A DNA stretch of 64,000 nt from Octopus vulgaris (GCA_951406725.2 OX597815.1:211916001-211980000), one strand, 5' to 3'. Numbered from the stretch's first letter, positions 1-14,991 are shown. Translations and numbers: made by a program. Notes: generated from the letters alone by a model not told the origin.

Positions 1-770
1 AAAAACGCCAAATTTCGTTTGGATTGTTTTGTTTTTTTGTTTTGGTTCCCATTGAAGTCTCCTTCGGTCTGTATCCGCATTTAGTCTTAAAAATAAACGA
101 AAAGCTTTGTGTAATTGAATGAAAATATTATACATATAACGGCGCATGATAATTTTCTTTGATGACTGCTGCACCCTGGGATGTCCATATTCCACTGGCT
201 GGAGCTAGCGAAAGAGTAAACGAGTGCAATGGAAATAACAGGATCTTATTTAGTCTCGTCTGAAAAAGACAAATGTGAAGTTACAGAGTCGATATTTGTG
301 TTTTAGATTAGAATAATTAGAGTTCTGTTTCGTTCATTTATTTACGAAAGGAAATGAAAAAGTAAGCGAACCAACCAATAAATCCTTACCTGATCACTTG
401 AGCTTTTAGTAATAGCAGCTAAATCTCCACCAAATCACACTTACACTCTCAAGCAAATGGAAGGACACATTGAATAGGGCACACTTAAAAGCTGGAGGCA
501 GAATCGTCACGACTAAAACGTCTTTGATCATAAGCTGTATTAAACATGCCTGAGTATAGCAATGGTATAGCGAACTCCTGGTGGTCCGCAAAGGTGGTAC
601 TGGGAGTCTGTGAACTAAATTCAAAATTTCATATATATATATATATTGTTAAAAATTGTAAGACAACAAAAGAATGAAAGAGACCTCGATATTATGTAAA
701 TAGAAGAATTTATCTGTAAATGTAATACGTGACAATTATTCGGTATATATATATAAGGATATAACAAAAA

Positions 771-835
771 GGGTCCGTGAGAAAGCTCATTTAAATAAAA
801 GGGGTTCTTCGTAGTGAAAAAGTTGGGAAACTCTG
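771..835. mobile_element. hAT-like DNA transposon end fragment
   Basis: Ends in AAAAAGTTGGGAAACTCTG (reverse complement CAGAGTTTCCCAACT), resembling hAT/Charlie CAG..TT.CCAA termini; no partner end found. Confidence 0.35.
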
Positions 836-1114
836 GACTAGAGGCTAAGCATTCGCAAAGACAACAGAAGTAAATTGATCTGAGACAAGAAATCAAAGCT
901 AGTATTTACTAACTCGTGTTACTGGAAAATACTATTTAAAATGAAAATTTTAGAAGCAATTACGATTGAGAACTGCTTTTTTAAAAAGAGGTAAATGATT
1001 TCTTTTACATCTAATCTCAATGTAAATCAATTTGGGGTTAAGAATGTTAGTAAAGTTGAAACATATTTAAAGTGTTACTTACTAACATTTTCACGATGAT
1101 GTTTGAAGTTAAGC

Positions 1115-1317
1115 ATGGGCATGGCTACGTGGTTAAGAAGCTCACCGTTCAACCACTTGGTTTCAGGTTCTGTCCCACTGCGTGGCATCTCGAGCACGTG
1201 TTTTCCGCACCGACACAATATCTTGTGAGTGAACTTAGTAAACAAAAACTATGTGGAAGCCCCTCTGTGTGTGTAGGTGTCTTTATGTTTGTCCTGTTAA
1301 TAACTGGTGTTGGTTTC
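1115..1317 (+). mobile_element. Degraded SINE family A head, cut off at a mariner TIR
   Basis: GGCTACGTGGTTAAGAAGCTC...GGTTCTGTCCCACTGCGTGGCA...CTTGTGAGTGAA resembles the intact family A copy at 8367. Confidence 0.6.
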
Positions 1318-1319
1318 TA

Positions 1320-1745
1320 TTGGGTTGTCCGGAAAGTTCGTGCCGATTTATAGTAGCTTACCTTTCGACTTATTTTAGAACATGGTTGAGTCCATAAAAT
1401 ACGAGTTAAAAGCAGCAATTCAAGAGAAACGTCTAGAATTGGCCAACAAGAAGGGTGTTGTTTTCCAACATGGTAATGCAAGACCGCACGTTTCTTTGGG
1501 AATCAGACAAAAATTGCTGCAACTCGGCCGGGATGTGTTACCCCACCCTCCATATTCACCAGATATTGCTCGTTCGGATTTCCACTTCTTCAGGTCTCTG
1601 CAGAATAGTCTTAATAGTAAAAATTTCAATTCCTTGAATGACGTAAAAAGATACCTTGATGAATTCTTTGCCATGAAACCACCTCAGGTACAACTGATTT
1701 TTGCCAGCAGAGTTGAATGAAACAACGAAAAATAATATATCTTGT
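1320..1745 (+). mobile_element. Mariner deletion derivative (TIR plus C-terminal transposase fragment)
   Basis: TA followed by TTGGGTTGTCCGGAAAGTTC TIR-like end; ORF 1382-1720 has FQHGNARPH and HPPYSPDIARSDFHFFRSL (mariner HDNARPH and YSPDLAPSD motifs). Confidence 0.9.
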
Positions 1746-1856
1746 GCAGGGACAAAACCCACCGTGGGGAATCGAACTCACAACCTTACGATCGTGACCT
1801 GAATACCCGTAACTTTTGAAAAGATTTGAAATTATCTAAATTAATTATTTTTGTTA

Positions 1857-1862
<6 letters not shown>

Positions 1863-1900
<38 letters not shown>

Positions 1901-1954
1901 TATATATGTATGTATGTGTATATATATATATATGTATATATGTATATATGTATG

Positions 1955-1985
<31 letters not shown>

Positions 1986-2004
1986 ATATATATGTATGTA
2001 TATA

Positions 2005-2045
<41 letters not shown>

Positions 2046-2220
2046 ATATATAGTATGTATGTGTATATATATATATATGTACATATATATATATATATGT
2101 ACGTATGTATGTGTATATATGTATGTATATATATATATGTATGTATATATGTATATATATATGTGTGTACATATATATATATATATATACCTGTGTTTGT
2201 GTGTGATATGTGTGTGCGCG
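1863..2220. repeat. Compound (TA)n/(TATG)n microsatellite, representative of dozens of (TA)n, (TACA)n, (TAGA)n, (CA)n and (GA)n tracts in the window
   Basis: Directly visible. Confidence 0.98.
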
Positions 2221-2596
2221 CGTAGGTATGCACACGTGCGAGTAGGTGTCTCTATGTTCTTTTATGCGTTTCTAAACGTAACTGCTGCTGCTCAGAATCT
2301 GAAATCCCAATATATACATGTGTTGTTGATTATCTCTGAGAAGACCAATTAGCTGTCCGGCTGCCTTCAGGAACTCCTACAAAATATTTTAGAAATAAAA
2401 TCAAAAGAAAATGATTAATCGGAAGTTTTTAACTATATTTAAGGAGATTGTACTTACTAGCTTTAATTTGATGCTTGTGAATAATTAGTTAATGAGCAGA
2501 AACATCAACAACAAAACAAGGGGAAGCAGAATCACAACAAAAAGCCTAATACTACTACTACTAATGTTATTAGTACTACTGCTACAACTGCACCAG

Positions 2597-2632
<36 letters not shown>

Positions 2633-2825
2633 ATAATAATAATAATAATAATAATAATGATAATAATAATAATAATAGTAGCAATAATTATCCTTTCTAC
2701 TATAGGCAAAAAGCCTGAAATTTCTTTGGGGCATGTGTGTGTGGGAGGACTAGTTGATTATTCTGATCCCACTGGTACTTGTTTTATAGACTGCAAATGA
2801 GTGAAAGGCTAAGATGACCTTGGCA

Positions 2826-2878
<53 letters not shown>

Positions 2879-3067
2879 CAACAAAAACAATAATAATAAT
2901 AATAATTTAGGTAGAAGACAAGCATTATTAAGTGAGGGGATGTTAGTCAATGCCATCGACCCCAATACTTGACTGATATTTATCTTACTGACTCCGAAAC
3001 AAAAACGTAGAACCTATACCCAGCCTCTCAACACAACACACTATCCGAAAAGAATAGCAATAAAAAT

Positions 3068-3344
3068 AACAAGAGCACTCAGAGAGCGCAAACCTCCGCC
3101 AACGCAAGATCAACGTCCTCTCAACGATTAGCCAGAGATGATTTTTAAAATGGGAATATCTGAAATAAAATCCTTCAATGAATATCACGAGACCTTTTGG
3201 GTTTCTCCTCCCTTCGATTAGTAATCTTGTTGTTTTAGATCGTTGTATAGAATTATGTATATATGTAAGTATACTGTAAAGTGTTAAAATGTATGTATAC
3301 TCTCCTAATATAATAATAAATGTTGTCTTTTTATATATTTGTGA

Positions 3345-3401
<57 letters not shown>

Positions 3402-3849
3402 TGTAATTGATATAGGATAAAAATTTTTTTCGGGAAAAAAATTTTATCAATGGCCGGCATATCAAAAAATGCCTTTAAAGGTAAAATTTATACATAATTT
3501 ACAAGATAAGGGCAGAAGAAAAATTCTAATGCCAGATACGCCGAAACAAAAAATTTGTCGATAACCATTAAATTTATGCGTTTCGAAACAAACCGATAGA
3601 AATCTCTAAAAAATTCGTTATTACCGTATTGGTCCAATTTCGAGGTTAACTCACAAGGAATTTTCCCCTCTTCAGCGGCACATACGCGAGATATAAATGA
3701 AATACTTATTCATACCCACGGAAGAAGCAAGCACCAAGTCCCGAGCAGACTTAAGTGTATATATGAATATATATATATATTTGTGCGTGCATATATATGT
3801 GTGTATATATATATGTGTGTGTGTATATATATATACATATATATGTATA

Positions 3850-3930
<81 letters not shown>

Positions 3931-4341
3931 GAGCCGGAGTGAGAGGTGAAGGTAGAGGAGTTGAATGGCAAAGAGACCGTCGTATGAATGAGAAAGGAAG
4001 GGGTGACAGTTGAATTATGAAGGAAGGGGTGAAAAAGCCGTTAAATGGCATTTGAAGTGTGAATATATGTGTGTATATGTGTGCGTGTACAAGAGAACTA
4101 TGTGAAACTTTACATATACATGTAAAGTAAAGAAAATATTAAAAAATAATCCAGAATCCTTGTCCAGTACCGGATCGAACCCAAAATCTTATCAATTCGT
4201 ACCAGTCCCTAGGTCAAACATCCCTGAAAGTTTCATCCGAATCCATCCGGCGATTCTTGAGATATCTTGTCCATGGACAAACAAACAAACAAACAAACAC
4301 AACTGAAAACAATACCTCCGCCTTCGCTAAGGCGGAGGTAA
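3068..4341 (+). mobile_element. Helentron/HINE-like non-autonomous element with later internal insertions
   Basis: 5' AACAAGAGCACTCAGAGAGCGCAAACCTCCGCC; 3' segment has (CAAA)n then a terminal hairpin TACCTCCGCCTT-CGCT-AAGGCGGAGGTA (4313-4340) sharing ACCTCCGCC with the 5' end. Confidence 0.55.
3622..3680 (-). ncRNA. Minimal type I hammerhead ribozyme motif, canonical core
   Basis: Minus strand reads TGCCG-CTGAAGA-GGGG...CCTC-GAAA-TTGGACCAA-TA-CGGTA: 5-bp stem I, CUGANGA core, stem II, GAAA, near-palindromic stem III, AUA triplet. Confidence 0.8.
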
Positions 4342-4344
4342 TGA

Positions 4345-4573
4345 TAATGGTTTCAAATTTTGGCACAAGGCTAGTAGTTTCTAGGGTGAGGCGCGTAAGT
4401 CGATTACATCGTCCCCAGTGCTCAGCTGGTACATGTTTCATCGACCCCGAAAGGAGATGGAAGACAAGGTCGACCTCGGCGGAATTCAAACTTAAAAAAC
4501 ATGAAGACGGACGGAATGTCACAAAGCATTTTGTCTGCCTGGCATGCTAACGATTTTGCCAGCTCGCCGCCTT
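4345..4573 (-). mobile_element. SINE family B (tRNA-derived head, Meta-like central domain)
   Basis: Reverse complement of the AAGGCGGCGAGCTGGCA...GAGGTCGAC..GCCTTTCATCCTTTCGGGGTCGAT family. Confidence 0.8.
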
Positions 4574-4778
4574 GATGATGATGATGATGATTGTAACAAC
4601 GACGATGATGACGACGACGACGATGGTGGTGGTGATGATGATTCATTTTAATAAGTTCAGAATAGAAGACAACTTCCTCAAGGCCGTTTACACTCCTCAC
4701 GTGAATAGAGTAGGATTGACTGATAAAATAAAGAGGAAAAATACACGTAATTCAAGTCGAGTTACTTTCCATCTCAGC

Positions 4779-4822
<44 letters not shown>

Positions 4823-4843
4823 TTAGTTAGATAGATACATACA

Positions 4844-4875
<32 letters not shown>

Positions 4876-6088
4876 CACATACATATACACATACAAACAT
4901 GCATACATATATGCATGCATGCATACATACATACATATACACATACATATAAACATACATATACACATACAAACATGCATGCATGCATACATACATGCAT
5001 GCATACGTACATACATACATGCATACACACACATACATACATACATACATACATACATACATACATACATACATACATACATACATACATACATACATAC
5101 ATTTGGTGCGTAAATCATGAATAACACGTAGATAAGATAACAAACAAAAATAGGTTGTATTAGGTTTGCGCGAGGGAAAAATTGAAGGGAAAGTATTTTA
5201 GGTTTCGTGCAAACGCTCTTCTACAGAAAGAATAGACGAGGAGAGAAAATAATGGAGAAGAAAGGAACAAACATATCTCAATTAGACGGTCACCGCATAC
5301 TGAAATGACCGTAAGAGAAAGAGGTTGCTTGAGGCATGAGTAGTAAGAAAAACAATTGTGAACCTGGCATATGTGTGTATGAATGAGTAAGTGCGTGTCT
5401 GTGTGTATGAAACTAATGCGTGCGTGTATACTCTGTGTGTGTATGTGTGCTTGTGTCTGATGTGTGTGTGTGTATAGATACACACTCAAGAATTTCACTC
5501 TGTTTATAAACGAGAATATCAGTGAGGTTTCCTTGAGAGCTGGGATTGAAGGGTTGTGTCACAATTATAGCTGACGAGTATATTAGTATATATTTCAACA
5601 GACTATGAAGTATGCACACCACAAAAGAACTACGACTGAATTTGAAGGAGATTGCTATACAGTTGTTTTGCTTTTGCATCCATCTCTTATTTACTGTAGG
5701 AAATGATTGAATTACCGAAAAAAAACTGTTTTCCTATAAATTACTCATTTGTTGTTTTATCTCATGGAAACATGCCACGAGTGTTCCCGGTTCTATATAT
5801 AAATCAACATAAATTAGTATGTCGATTCTTGACTCTGCTTTTAATCTTCAAGGTTACTGAAGGAAAAAAATATACGGTGGTATACTCTTTTTACTCTTTA
5901 CTCTTTTACTCTTTTACTCTTTTAGATATTTTGTATGGTTGCCTGAATCTATGTGCGTCCTCGTGCATACGTACCCGAGACACGCAGGTCACATGAGCTC
6001 GAAAACACACATACACACCCATACATATATGTATGTATGCGCGAGAGTGTGTGTGTGCACGCACCGAAGATTCATACACATATGCTAA

Positions 6089-6142
<54 letters not shown>

Positions 6143-6172
6143 TATATAATGTGTGTGTCTGAATGTGTGTGT

Positions 6173-6478
6173 GGATGTGCAATGGCCCAGTGGTTAGAGC
6201 AGCGGACTTGCGGTTTCGATTCCCAGACCGGGCGTTGTGAGTGTTTATTGAGCGAAAACGCCTAAAGCTCCCCCGGCAGGGAGTCATGGTGAACACTGCT
6301 GTACTCTTTCACCACAACTTTCTCTCGCTCTTTCTTCCTGTTTCTGTTGTACCAGTATTTCAAAAGGCTAACCTTGTCACACTCTGTGTGACGCTGAATC
6401 TCCCCGAAAACTACGTTACGGGTACACGTGCCTGTGGAGTGCTCAGCCACTTACACATTAATTTCAGGAGTGCCACGA
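6173..6478 (+). mobile_element. SINE family C (tRNA-derived)
   Basis: GCAATGGCCCAGTGGTTAGAGC (A box)...GGTTTCGATTCCC (B box); same head at 60955 (+) and 23916 (-). Confidence 0.8.
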
Positions 6479-6969
6479 TATATATATATAGAGAGAGATA
6501 AATATATAGATAGATACATGCATACATACATACATACATACATACACATACATACATGCATAAATACATACATACATACATACATACATGCATAAATACA
6601 TACATACATGCATACGTACATACATACATACATACATACATACATACATACATACATACATACATACATACATACATACATACATGTGAGTTTTGTCTCG
6701 CTGGAGAAAGATGTGGCTTGCCGATCGCAGTCCCCGAACATCTCAAGAGGTTGGTGATTTTGTGGGGCTATTCAAGTTATATTTTTTAGCTCCTATTTCT
6801 AGCAATTGCAGGTGCTATTTTGCTCCCTTATTTATGCATTTTATATTTTTGGTTTTTAATTGCTATAGCCACCTCTATTATAATGTATTTAATATATCAT
6901 AATACATGAATCTATCGTTATATTTTATTGTATTTTTATACATACACACACACATATCATATATATGTA

Positions 6970-7358
6970 CTAACCCTAAACGCCCCCCCCCCCGCCCAAT
7001 GGACGGTGCTGAGTTGTCAAACATTCAAACCAAATTTTCTCAAAACAGCTTGTCCGACTGTCCCATAAGTCTCCCCTTTGAGAAACACTGATTTAACCTA
7101 AATTTGAGACACTAGCAAAAGAAGAAATAACGATAGACTTTTTTCTATTCCAAGAAAAACGATTTTACAAATGCACGTTCCCATGGCTTTATCGATCGCA
7201 TTCTCACCTGGAATCGTTTTTTGTAATTTTTTCAAGACTTATACACGCCCTGATACCGTCGGTATCTACATATCAAATTTGAGCGCAATCGGATGGAGGG
7301 TGCTCGAGATCCTAGAAGACACACACACAGACAAATAGAACGGATTTTATATAATAGA
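6970..7358 (-). mobile_element. Non-autonomous Helitron-like element, copy 1
   Basis: Minus strand starts A|TCTATTATATAAAA, has a subterminal CCGTCC-ATT-GG.CGG hairpin and ends TTAG|T; second copy at 24021-24385. Confidence 0.65.
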
Positions 7359-7464
7359 TATTGCACACACGCTTTCTCTCACATTCTCTCTCTCACTCTC
7401 ATTCTCTCTATATATATGTGTGTGTGTATCCGTGTATATGCATACATACATACATACATATATT

Positions 7465-7693
7465 TATTTACTACCGACAAGTGGCTAAACACAGAGAGGA
7501 CAAACAAGGACAGACAAACGGATTAAGTCGATTACATCGACCCCAGTGCGCAACTGGTACTTAATTTATCGACCCCGAAAGGATGAAAGGCAAAGTCGAC
7601 CTCGGCGGAATTTGAACTCAGAACGTAACGGCAGACGAAATACGGCTTCGCATTTCGCCCGGCGTGCAAACGTTTCTGCCAGCTCGTCGCCTT
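7465..7693 (-). mobile_element. SINE family B
   Basis: Near-consensus copy. Confidence 0.9.
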
Positions 7694-8366
7694 ACATACA
7701 TACATACATGCATGCATACATACATACATGCATGCATACATACATACATACATGCATACATACATACATACATACATACATACATACATACATACATACA
7801 TACATACATACATACATACATACATACATACAAACATACATACATACATACATACATACATACAAACATACATACATACATACATACATGCATACATACA
7901 TACACACAGAAACATACATACATACAAACATACCAGGATCAAAAGACGTTTTGTATTTCAAGCTTTATCTAATATTTTGATCAATATGTCCAAAAAATTA
8001 CCTACGTAAAGCGTCAAGTCATCAAAATGTATCCCATCATAATCAATTGTTTGTTGCCATCATTAAGCCAGAAGCGTAATTCGACGCTTGTACCATTTGG
8101 CTGCTATAAAACGATCGCAACAAATCATAGGACTTTCTATCAATATACCAAATACAGAATGATTGACAACAGACAAACCTAATCCGGACTTCAACCTTAC
8201 AATATATGGCAAAACCAGTGAAGTAAGTTTCTGAATTCACCTACCTTGGACACAAACTCAAATAACGATGGAAAGATAGCTGTGAACCAGAGAGTTGGAT
8301 TTGATATGGGTAGCCTTTGATCAGAACAAAATTGCACTTACTTCAAATCGGATACCATACCACGTA

Positions 8367-8537
8367 GGAGTGGGAGTGGCTGTGTGGTAAGTAGCTTGCT
8401 TACGAACCACATGGTTCCGGGTTCAGTCCCACTGCCTGGCACTTTGGGCAAGTGTCTTCTACTATAGCCTCGGGCCGATCAAAGCCTTGTGAGTGGATTT
8501 GGTAGACGGAAGCTGAAAGAAGCCTGTCGTATATATG

Positions 8538-8607
<70 letters not shown>

Positions 8608-8825
8608 TGTGTGTTTGTGTGTCTGTGTTTATCCCCCCGACATCGCTTGACAACTGATGCTGGTGTGTTTACGTCCCCGTAACTTAGCGGTTCGGCAAAA
8701 GGGACCGATAGAATAAGTACTAGGCTTACAAAGAATAAGTCCTGGGGTCCATTTGGTCGCCTAAAGGCGATGCTCCAGCATGGACACAGTCAAAATGACT
8801 GAAACAAGTAAAAGAGTAAAAGAGT
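8367..8825 (+). mobile_element. SINE family A (CORE-like), full length with internal (TG)n and 10-bp TSD
   Basis: A/B boxes, TTGGGCAAGTG core-like motif, (AAAAGAGT)n tail; TSD ATACCACGTA at 8357-8366 and 8826-8835. Confidence 0.9.
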
Positions 8826-8884
8826 ATACCACGTAAAATCAATTTTCTACAACACCAATGTTTTTTCTAGTAGTTTTATAAGGG

Positions 8885-9230
8885 CTAGACAATGTCAACT
8901 GGACTTGTGTTGCACTGCAGAAGCTGAAAGTCTTTCAGAATCATGAAATGCGACTTGTTACTAACACTAAGCCCTCAGATCATGTCAGAACTAAACATCT
9001 ATGACAAATAACCAAATTACTACCCACCACTTCTGCCCTCATAAAATAAAGTATCTCAAACTGCCTGGCGAATTATCGGTGGCGTCAGCGGGATCTGTTT
9101 GGAAGGCATACTTAACGGAAAGAAAAACAGAAACTGGAAACCTTAGAGATGGTGAGATAACATCACAGCATGGACAAGTCTTGACACAATTTCCTTGAAC
9201 ACTAATGCCAAAAATCGAATGCCATGAAGG
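8885..9230 (+). mobile_element. RTE-like LINE 3' ORF relic
   Basis: Broken translation KLKVFQN.EMRLV...HVRT..L...CLEG.LNGK...RW*DNI resembles the RTE C-terminus. Confidence 0.45.
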
Positions 9231-9594
9231 CAACTATCTTGTGTTAGAGCGCATTCTACCGCAGGTGGAGATAGCGGGAATTGAATGAAAAATGAATATC
9301 AGTTAACCTTGTTATCAGATATTATCTACTTACACCCGCCTGTAATTGATAAATTAGAAATGAACACGGTACTTCTAAATATATCTTTCTTAATCTCACA
9401 CATTATCAAGTTCCTTGATCCAACAACTCCAAATTATTTGCAAGCGTGTGTGTCACTACTGTATACAGCCTAGAGAAAACTGTGCACTAACATATGTGGA
9501 GGAATTCTATTATGGCATTCCCCTGCTAAAGAACCGTGTGTTTCATCAGACTTTGAATCTTCTATAACTACCACCGTACATTCTGTCTATCTAT

Positions 9595-9860
9595 CCGCTC
9601 AGTCGAAGTCGACTCTCGATTACTCGATGGATCAGTATCCTCCAGCCAGTTCTATCCTGGGTCGCTTCTTTCAGATTGGCTATGGCCATTCCCCGTCACT
9701 CTTGATGGTGTCAAGCCAGCGGGTTCTTGGTCGGCCTCTTCCTATCTTGCAACTGACCATTCCGAGCATGATGTCCTTCTCCAGGGATTTTCTCCGCATA
9801 ACATGACCAAAATATGTCAATCTATGCTTGGTGATTCTAGCTTCTAGCGACATTCTAGTT
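9595..9860 (-). mobile_element. RTE (BovB-like) LINE 3' end
   Basis: SLEARITKHRLTYFGHVMRRKSLEKDIMLGMVSCKIGRGRPRTRWLDTI is a typical RTE C-terminus. Confidence 0.85.
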
Positions 9861-9861
9861 A

Positions 9862-10027
9862 CTGCATTTACTCGTGTATAAGTCGCACACATAAGTTAAT
9901 GTTAAATCTTTGTAAAAAAGTTTTTCCAATCATAGTTTTAGCTTTGCCCCGTGTATAAGGTGCACTCTAGATTTTCCAGTTAAAGTTAGACATAAAACTG
10001 TGCGAGTTATACACAAGTAAATACTAG
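9862..10027. mobile_element. Pogo/Tigger-like MITE
   Basis: About 28-bp TIRs CTGCATTTACTCGTGTATAAGTCGCACA / TGTGCGAGTTATACACAAGTAAATACTAG; TA on the left side. Confidence 0.7.
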
Positions 10028-10140
10028 CAACAAAATGATAGTTCTGATACTCCAACAGTGTTTGAGTAATTTTGAATAATAGTAACCTCGAACTCTACAG
10101 TATACTCACGAAGCTTCTCTCTCTCTCTTTCTCCCTCTCC

Positions 10141-10178
<38 letters not shown>

Positions 10179-10266
10179 CTCGTAATCCTTTTTTATTTCA
10201 CTTAAGACAATTCAAATCTCTATATCTCTACTCCTCACTATCCATCTTTTTAACTATATACATATA

Positions 10267-11320
10267 CGAGAGGGTATCCAAAAGAAACCGGAATTTTGCA
10301 ATATCATTTTATTTACTTAGTTTTATGTTTACACTTTTATCGTAATGCATCGGTCCTGCTGCGTTTTTCACTGTTCGAAGCAGTCCTGGAACTCGAGCGA
10401 AGTAATGCCTTTTAACGCCTCCGTCGTTTTTTTGTTCTTCACCTCTTCCACATCCGCAAAACGTTTTCCTTTAAGGACATTTTTCATTCAGGGTAACAAA
10501 GAAAAGTCGCAGGGAGCAAGATCGGGTGAATAGGAAGGGTAGGTAAGCAGGATCATGCCATTTTTTAAAATCAAAAACTGTCTCACACTCAAAGCGGTGT
10601 GCGTGAGAGCATTGTTGTGATGAAACCACCACTCTCCACCTTGCCACAGTTCGGGGTGTTTTCGTTTCACCGCGTCACACAAACTGCCAAGTAAAATGTC
10701 TGGCTCACAGTTTCACCAGGAAGAACAAATTCCGTGTCGACAATTCCTTTCGCATCGATGAAACAAATCAGCATTGTTTCGACATGGGACATCACTTGAC
10801 GCGTTTTTGAGGGGCGTGGTGACATTGAATGCTTCTATAGGCATGATTGCTGCTTTGTTTCCGGGTCACGGCCGTAGCAGCAGCTTTCGTCACCAGGGAT
10901 GACATTCGAAAAAAGGCCCAGATCAACTGCCAACTGTTTTTTCTGTTCACAACACGCATTCAGTCGTAACCTCTTTTGATCTTCCATGAGCAAGCGAAGC
11001 ACAGATTTTGCTGCAAATCTTTTCATTCGCAATTCCTCGCTCAAAATTCGTTGGCAGGAGCTTCAGGACATACCAGTCATATCAATAAGTTCGTCAATTG
11101 TACGGCTACGGTCCTCCAGGCTCAGTCCATGAATTGTCATGACGTTTTCATTCGTTCGGAAGACCGACAGTGACTCTGAACGAAATTGGTCTTCAAAGCG
11201 TGGAAACCAGTCGTCAGTTTGTGTTTTGCTCATGGCAGAATCTTTGTATGCTGTTCGAAGCATAACAACTGTTTCGGTCGCCGTTTTCCCCAGTAGAAAA
11301 CAAAATTTCACAGAAGCAAG
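10267..11320 (-). mobile_element. Mariner transposon pseudogene, 5' TIR lost
   Basis: Fragments KFCFLLGKTATET, RMKRFAAKSVLRLL, GDESCCYGRDPETKQQS, WWFHHNNA, YSPDLAPCDF; TA-flanked 3' TIR at 10267. Confidence 0.9.
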
Positions 11321-11737
11321 AAAAAGTTATGCTTAGTAGTGTTTGTCTTTACGTTCTGAGTTCTAATTTCAGCAAGCTCGAATTTTGCCTTTCATCCTTT
11401 CGTTGTCGATAGAATAAATACCAGTTGAGTATTGGGGCTGGATTAATCAACTTAACGCTTCCTCTAGAATTGTGTCAAAATTTGAAATCAATATATTCAA
11501 CATTTTCCTAAATATTTTTGTTTTCTCAGCAACATTGCGGAACTGCATAAAACTTACTGGTCTGAAAGGATTGCACAAAGACTTCGGGAATTGTTTATAA
11601 TTCTACCTAGACTAAAATATAGAGAACGCGGTGCCTACAATTCTCTCACAATATAACAGAACAAAATGAGCACATGTGGGAAGTTGATTAGAAAATTTTG
11701 CATAATTTCAAAGTTGCAATGATAGAATATGTATGTA

Positions 11738-11777
<40 letters not shown>

Positions 11778-11987
11778 GAGAGAGAGAGAGAGAGAGAGAG
11801 AGAGGAAGGGAGAGAGAGAGAGACAGGGAGAGAGAGAGAGAGACAGGGAGAGAGAGAGGGAGGGAGAGAAAGAGAGAGAGAGCTAATAAGATATTGTATT
11901 GTATTGATAGACAGATATATATATATATATATGTAGGTATATATATTATGTATTACATATACATATATATATATTCATATATCTGTG

Positions 11988-12106
<119 letters not shown>

Positions 12107-12202
12107 ATACATACATATACATATATATATATACATATATATACAAACCTTTCTAAGTTAAGTTATATATATATATATATATATACATGTATATACATAT
12201 AC

Positions 12203-12297
<95 letters not shown>

Positions 12298-12735
12298 TAT
12301 ATATGTATATAATTCAGCAACTTTTCAAAGCGAATGAAAAGAATTCTTTTATACCCAGCAATCACAATTACAGGACACAGTGGTTATGTGTATTATTTAA
12401 CACCTCTTTAGAAGAAATGTTTTGACTATCGTAATAATTGAGAATTCAAAAGAATTACAAGTCCAAGTATAAATAAGATCCGAAAATCTTGTTTATAGAC
12501 ACCATTTATATTATTCTAGCTCACTCCTTTGAACATCTCCAAATACAGAAGAAAAGACGAGTTCTGATCTATTCAAAGTGTCTTCAAAACCACTTATTTA
12601 TAGACATGCATACATAAACACAGGGAAATACCTACTCGACAAGACACAAAGACATATACATACACACACCCATGCACACACAAAACACACACACACACAC
12701 ATATATATATATACACACATACATACATACATACA

Positions 12736-12824
<89 letters not shown>

Positions 12825-13479
12825 GCATAAACGTCAATTTTACGAGATAAATATTTTTGTAATGGGTCGAATTAACAGAGGAAACAACGTGACGGAAAGA
12901 TGATTGGAATGTTAGCTTCATTCACTTATCTTATTTACGTTAACACACAGAAATACACACACACATGCAAGTTTGAAGTCAAACGAAAATGCAAATATAT
13001 ATATAGGAATACACCGAAACATAAGTGTCTCATTTGGATCCTATAAATGGAATATATGATATGTGTGTGTGTGTACGTATGTAAGCATTGATGTAATCTG
13101 TCTCTCTTTCTCTCTCTCTCTCTCTCTCCTCCCTTATTCCCCTTCCTTTCTTTCCTCTCCATCCGTCTTCCCCCCTTCCGTTTCTCTATCTCTCTCACCT
13201 CCAGCCCCCTCGTTCTGTCTCTTTCTTCTCCTCCCTCGTCCACCTTCTCTCTTTTCATCTGTCCCTTTCTCCTGTCTTTTGTTCTCACGTGACCGCTAGC
13301 CGCTGTTGAGCGCTCTTTTCGTTATATTTGTTCGTCTCCCTGCGGCCTTTGTCATAAGCCAGCCCCATACTCAACTCGTCCTGTACCCTTGTCCTACGTC
13401 CTGGTTTTGTTTTGTAGTTTATTTTTTATTTTTACCGTTATTGTTTTTATATATCATATATATATACATATCCAGGGGA

Positions 13480-14260
<781 letters not shown>

Positions 14261-14657
14261 GTTGAAGTGAATCGAACGGCTTTTGTGTGTTTCTTAAATG
14301 GCTTATAAACACCTTCCACGCTGCAATTGTTTTCGTTTCAGCACACGATCTCAGATCAAATTGCTTGCTATGCGAGTACATCTCCGTAATATATATATAT
14401 ATATATATATAATATATATATGTGTGTGTGTGTGTGTCTCTGTGTGTGTGTGTATAGATATGTAGAAGTTTGAAAAGGAACACACGAGTTGATATGTATA
14501 AGGAATATAAGACAAGGTAGAAGCTGCTAAAATAATTTTATCATAAAATATATTGTAGTTCCGATTTCACTCATTGAAACTTTCTCAATTCTCGATATAG
14601 AAAACAATTAAAATTTGGAAAAATTAAATGAAAAGTTTTTTAAAAGAATACTTGCAT

Positions 14658-14959
14658 AGGCGTAGGAGTGGCTGTGTGGTAAGTAGCTTGCTTACGAATC
14701 ACATGGTTCCGGGTTCAGTCCCACTGCGTGGCATCTTGGGCAAGTGTCTTCTACTGTAGCCTCGTGCGACCAAAGCTTTGTGAGTGGATTATATAAATGA
14801 GTGGCTGTGGGGTAAGAAGCTTGCTTCCCGACCACATGGTTCCTGGTTCAGTCCTACTGCGTTGCACCTTGGGTCACTGTCTTCTACTATAGCCTCAAGC
14901 CGACCAAAGCGTTGTGAATGGATTTGGTAGATTGAAACTGAAAGACGCCCGTTGTATAC

Positions 14960-14991
<32 letters not shown>

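Noticed and set aside
5567-5606. HHR candidate ATAG-CTGACGA-GTATAT..ATATAT
   Set aside because: GAAA and the cleavage triplet are missing; at best a heavily decayed relic
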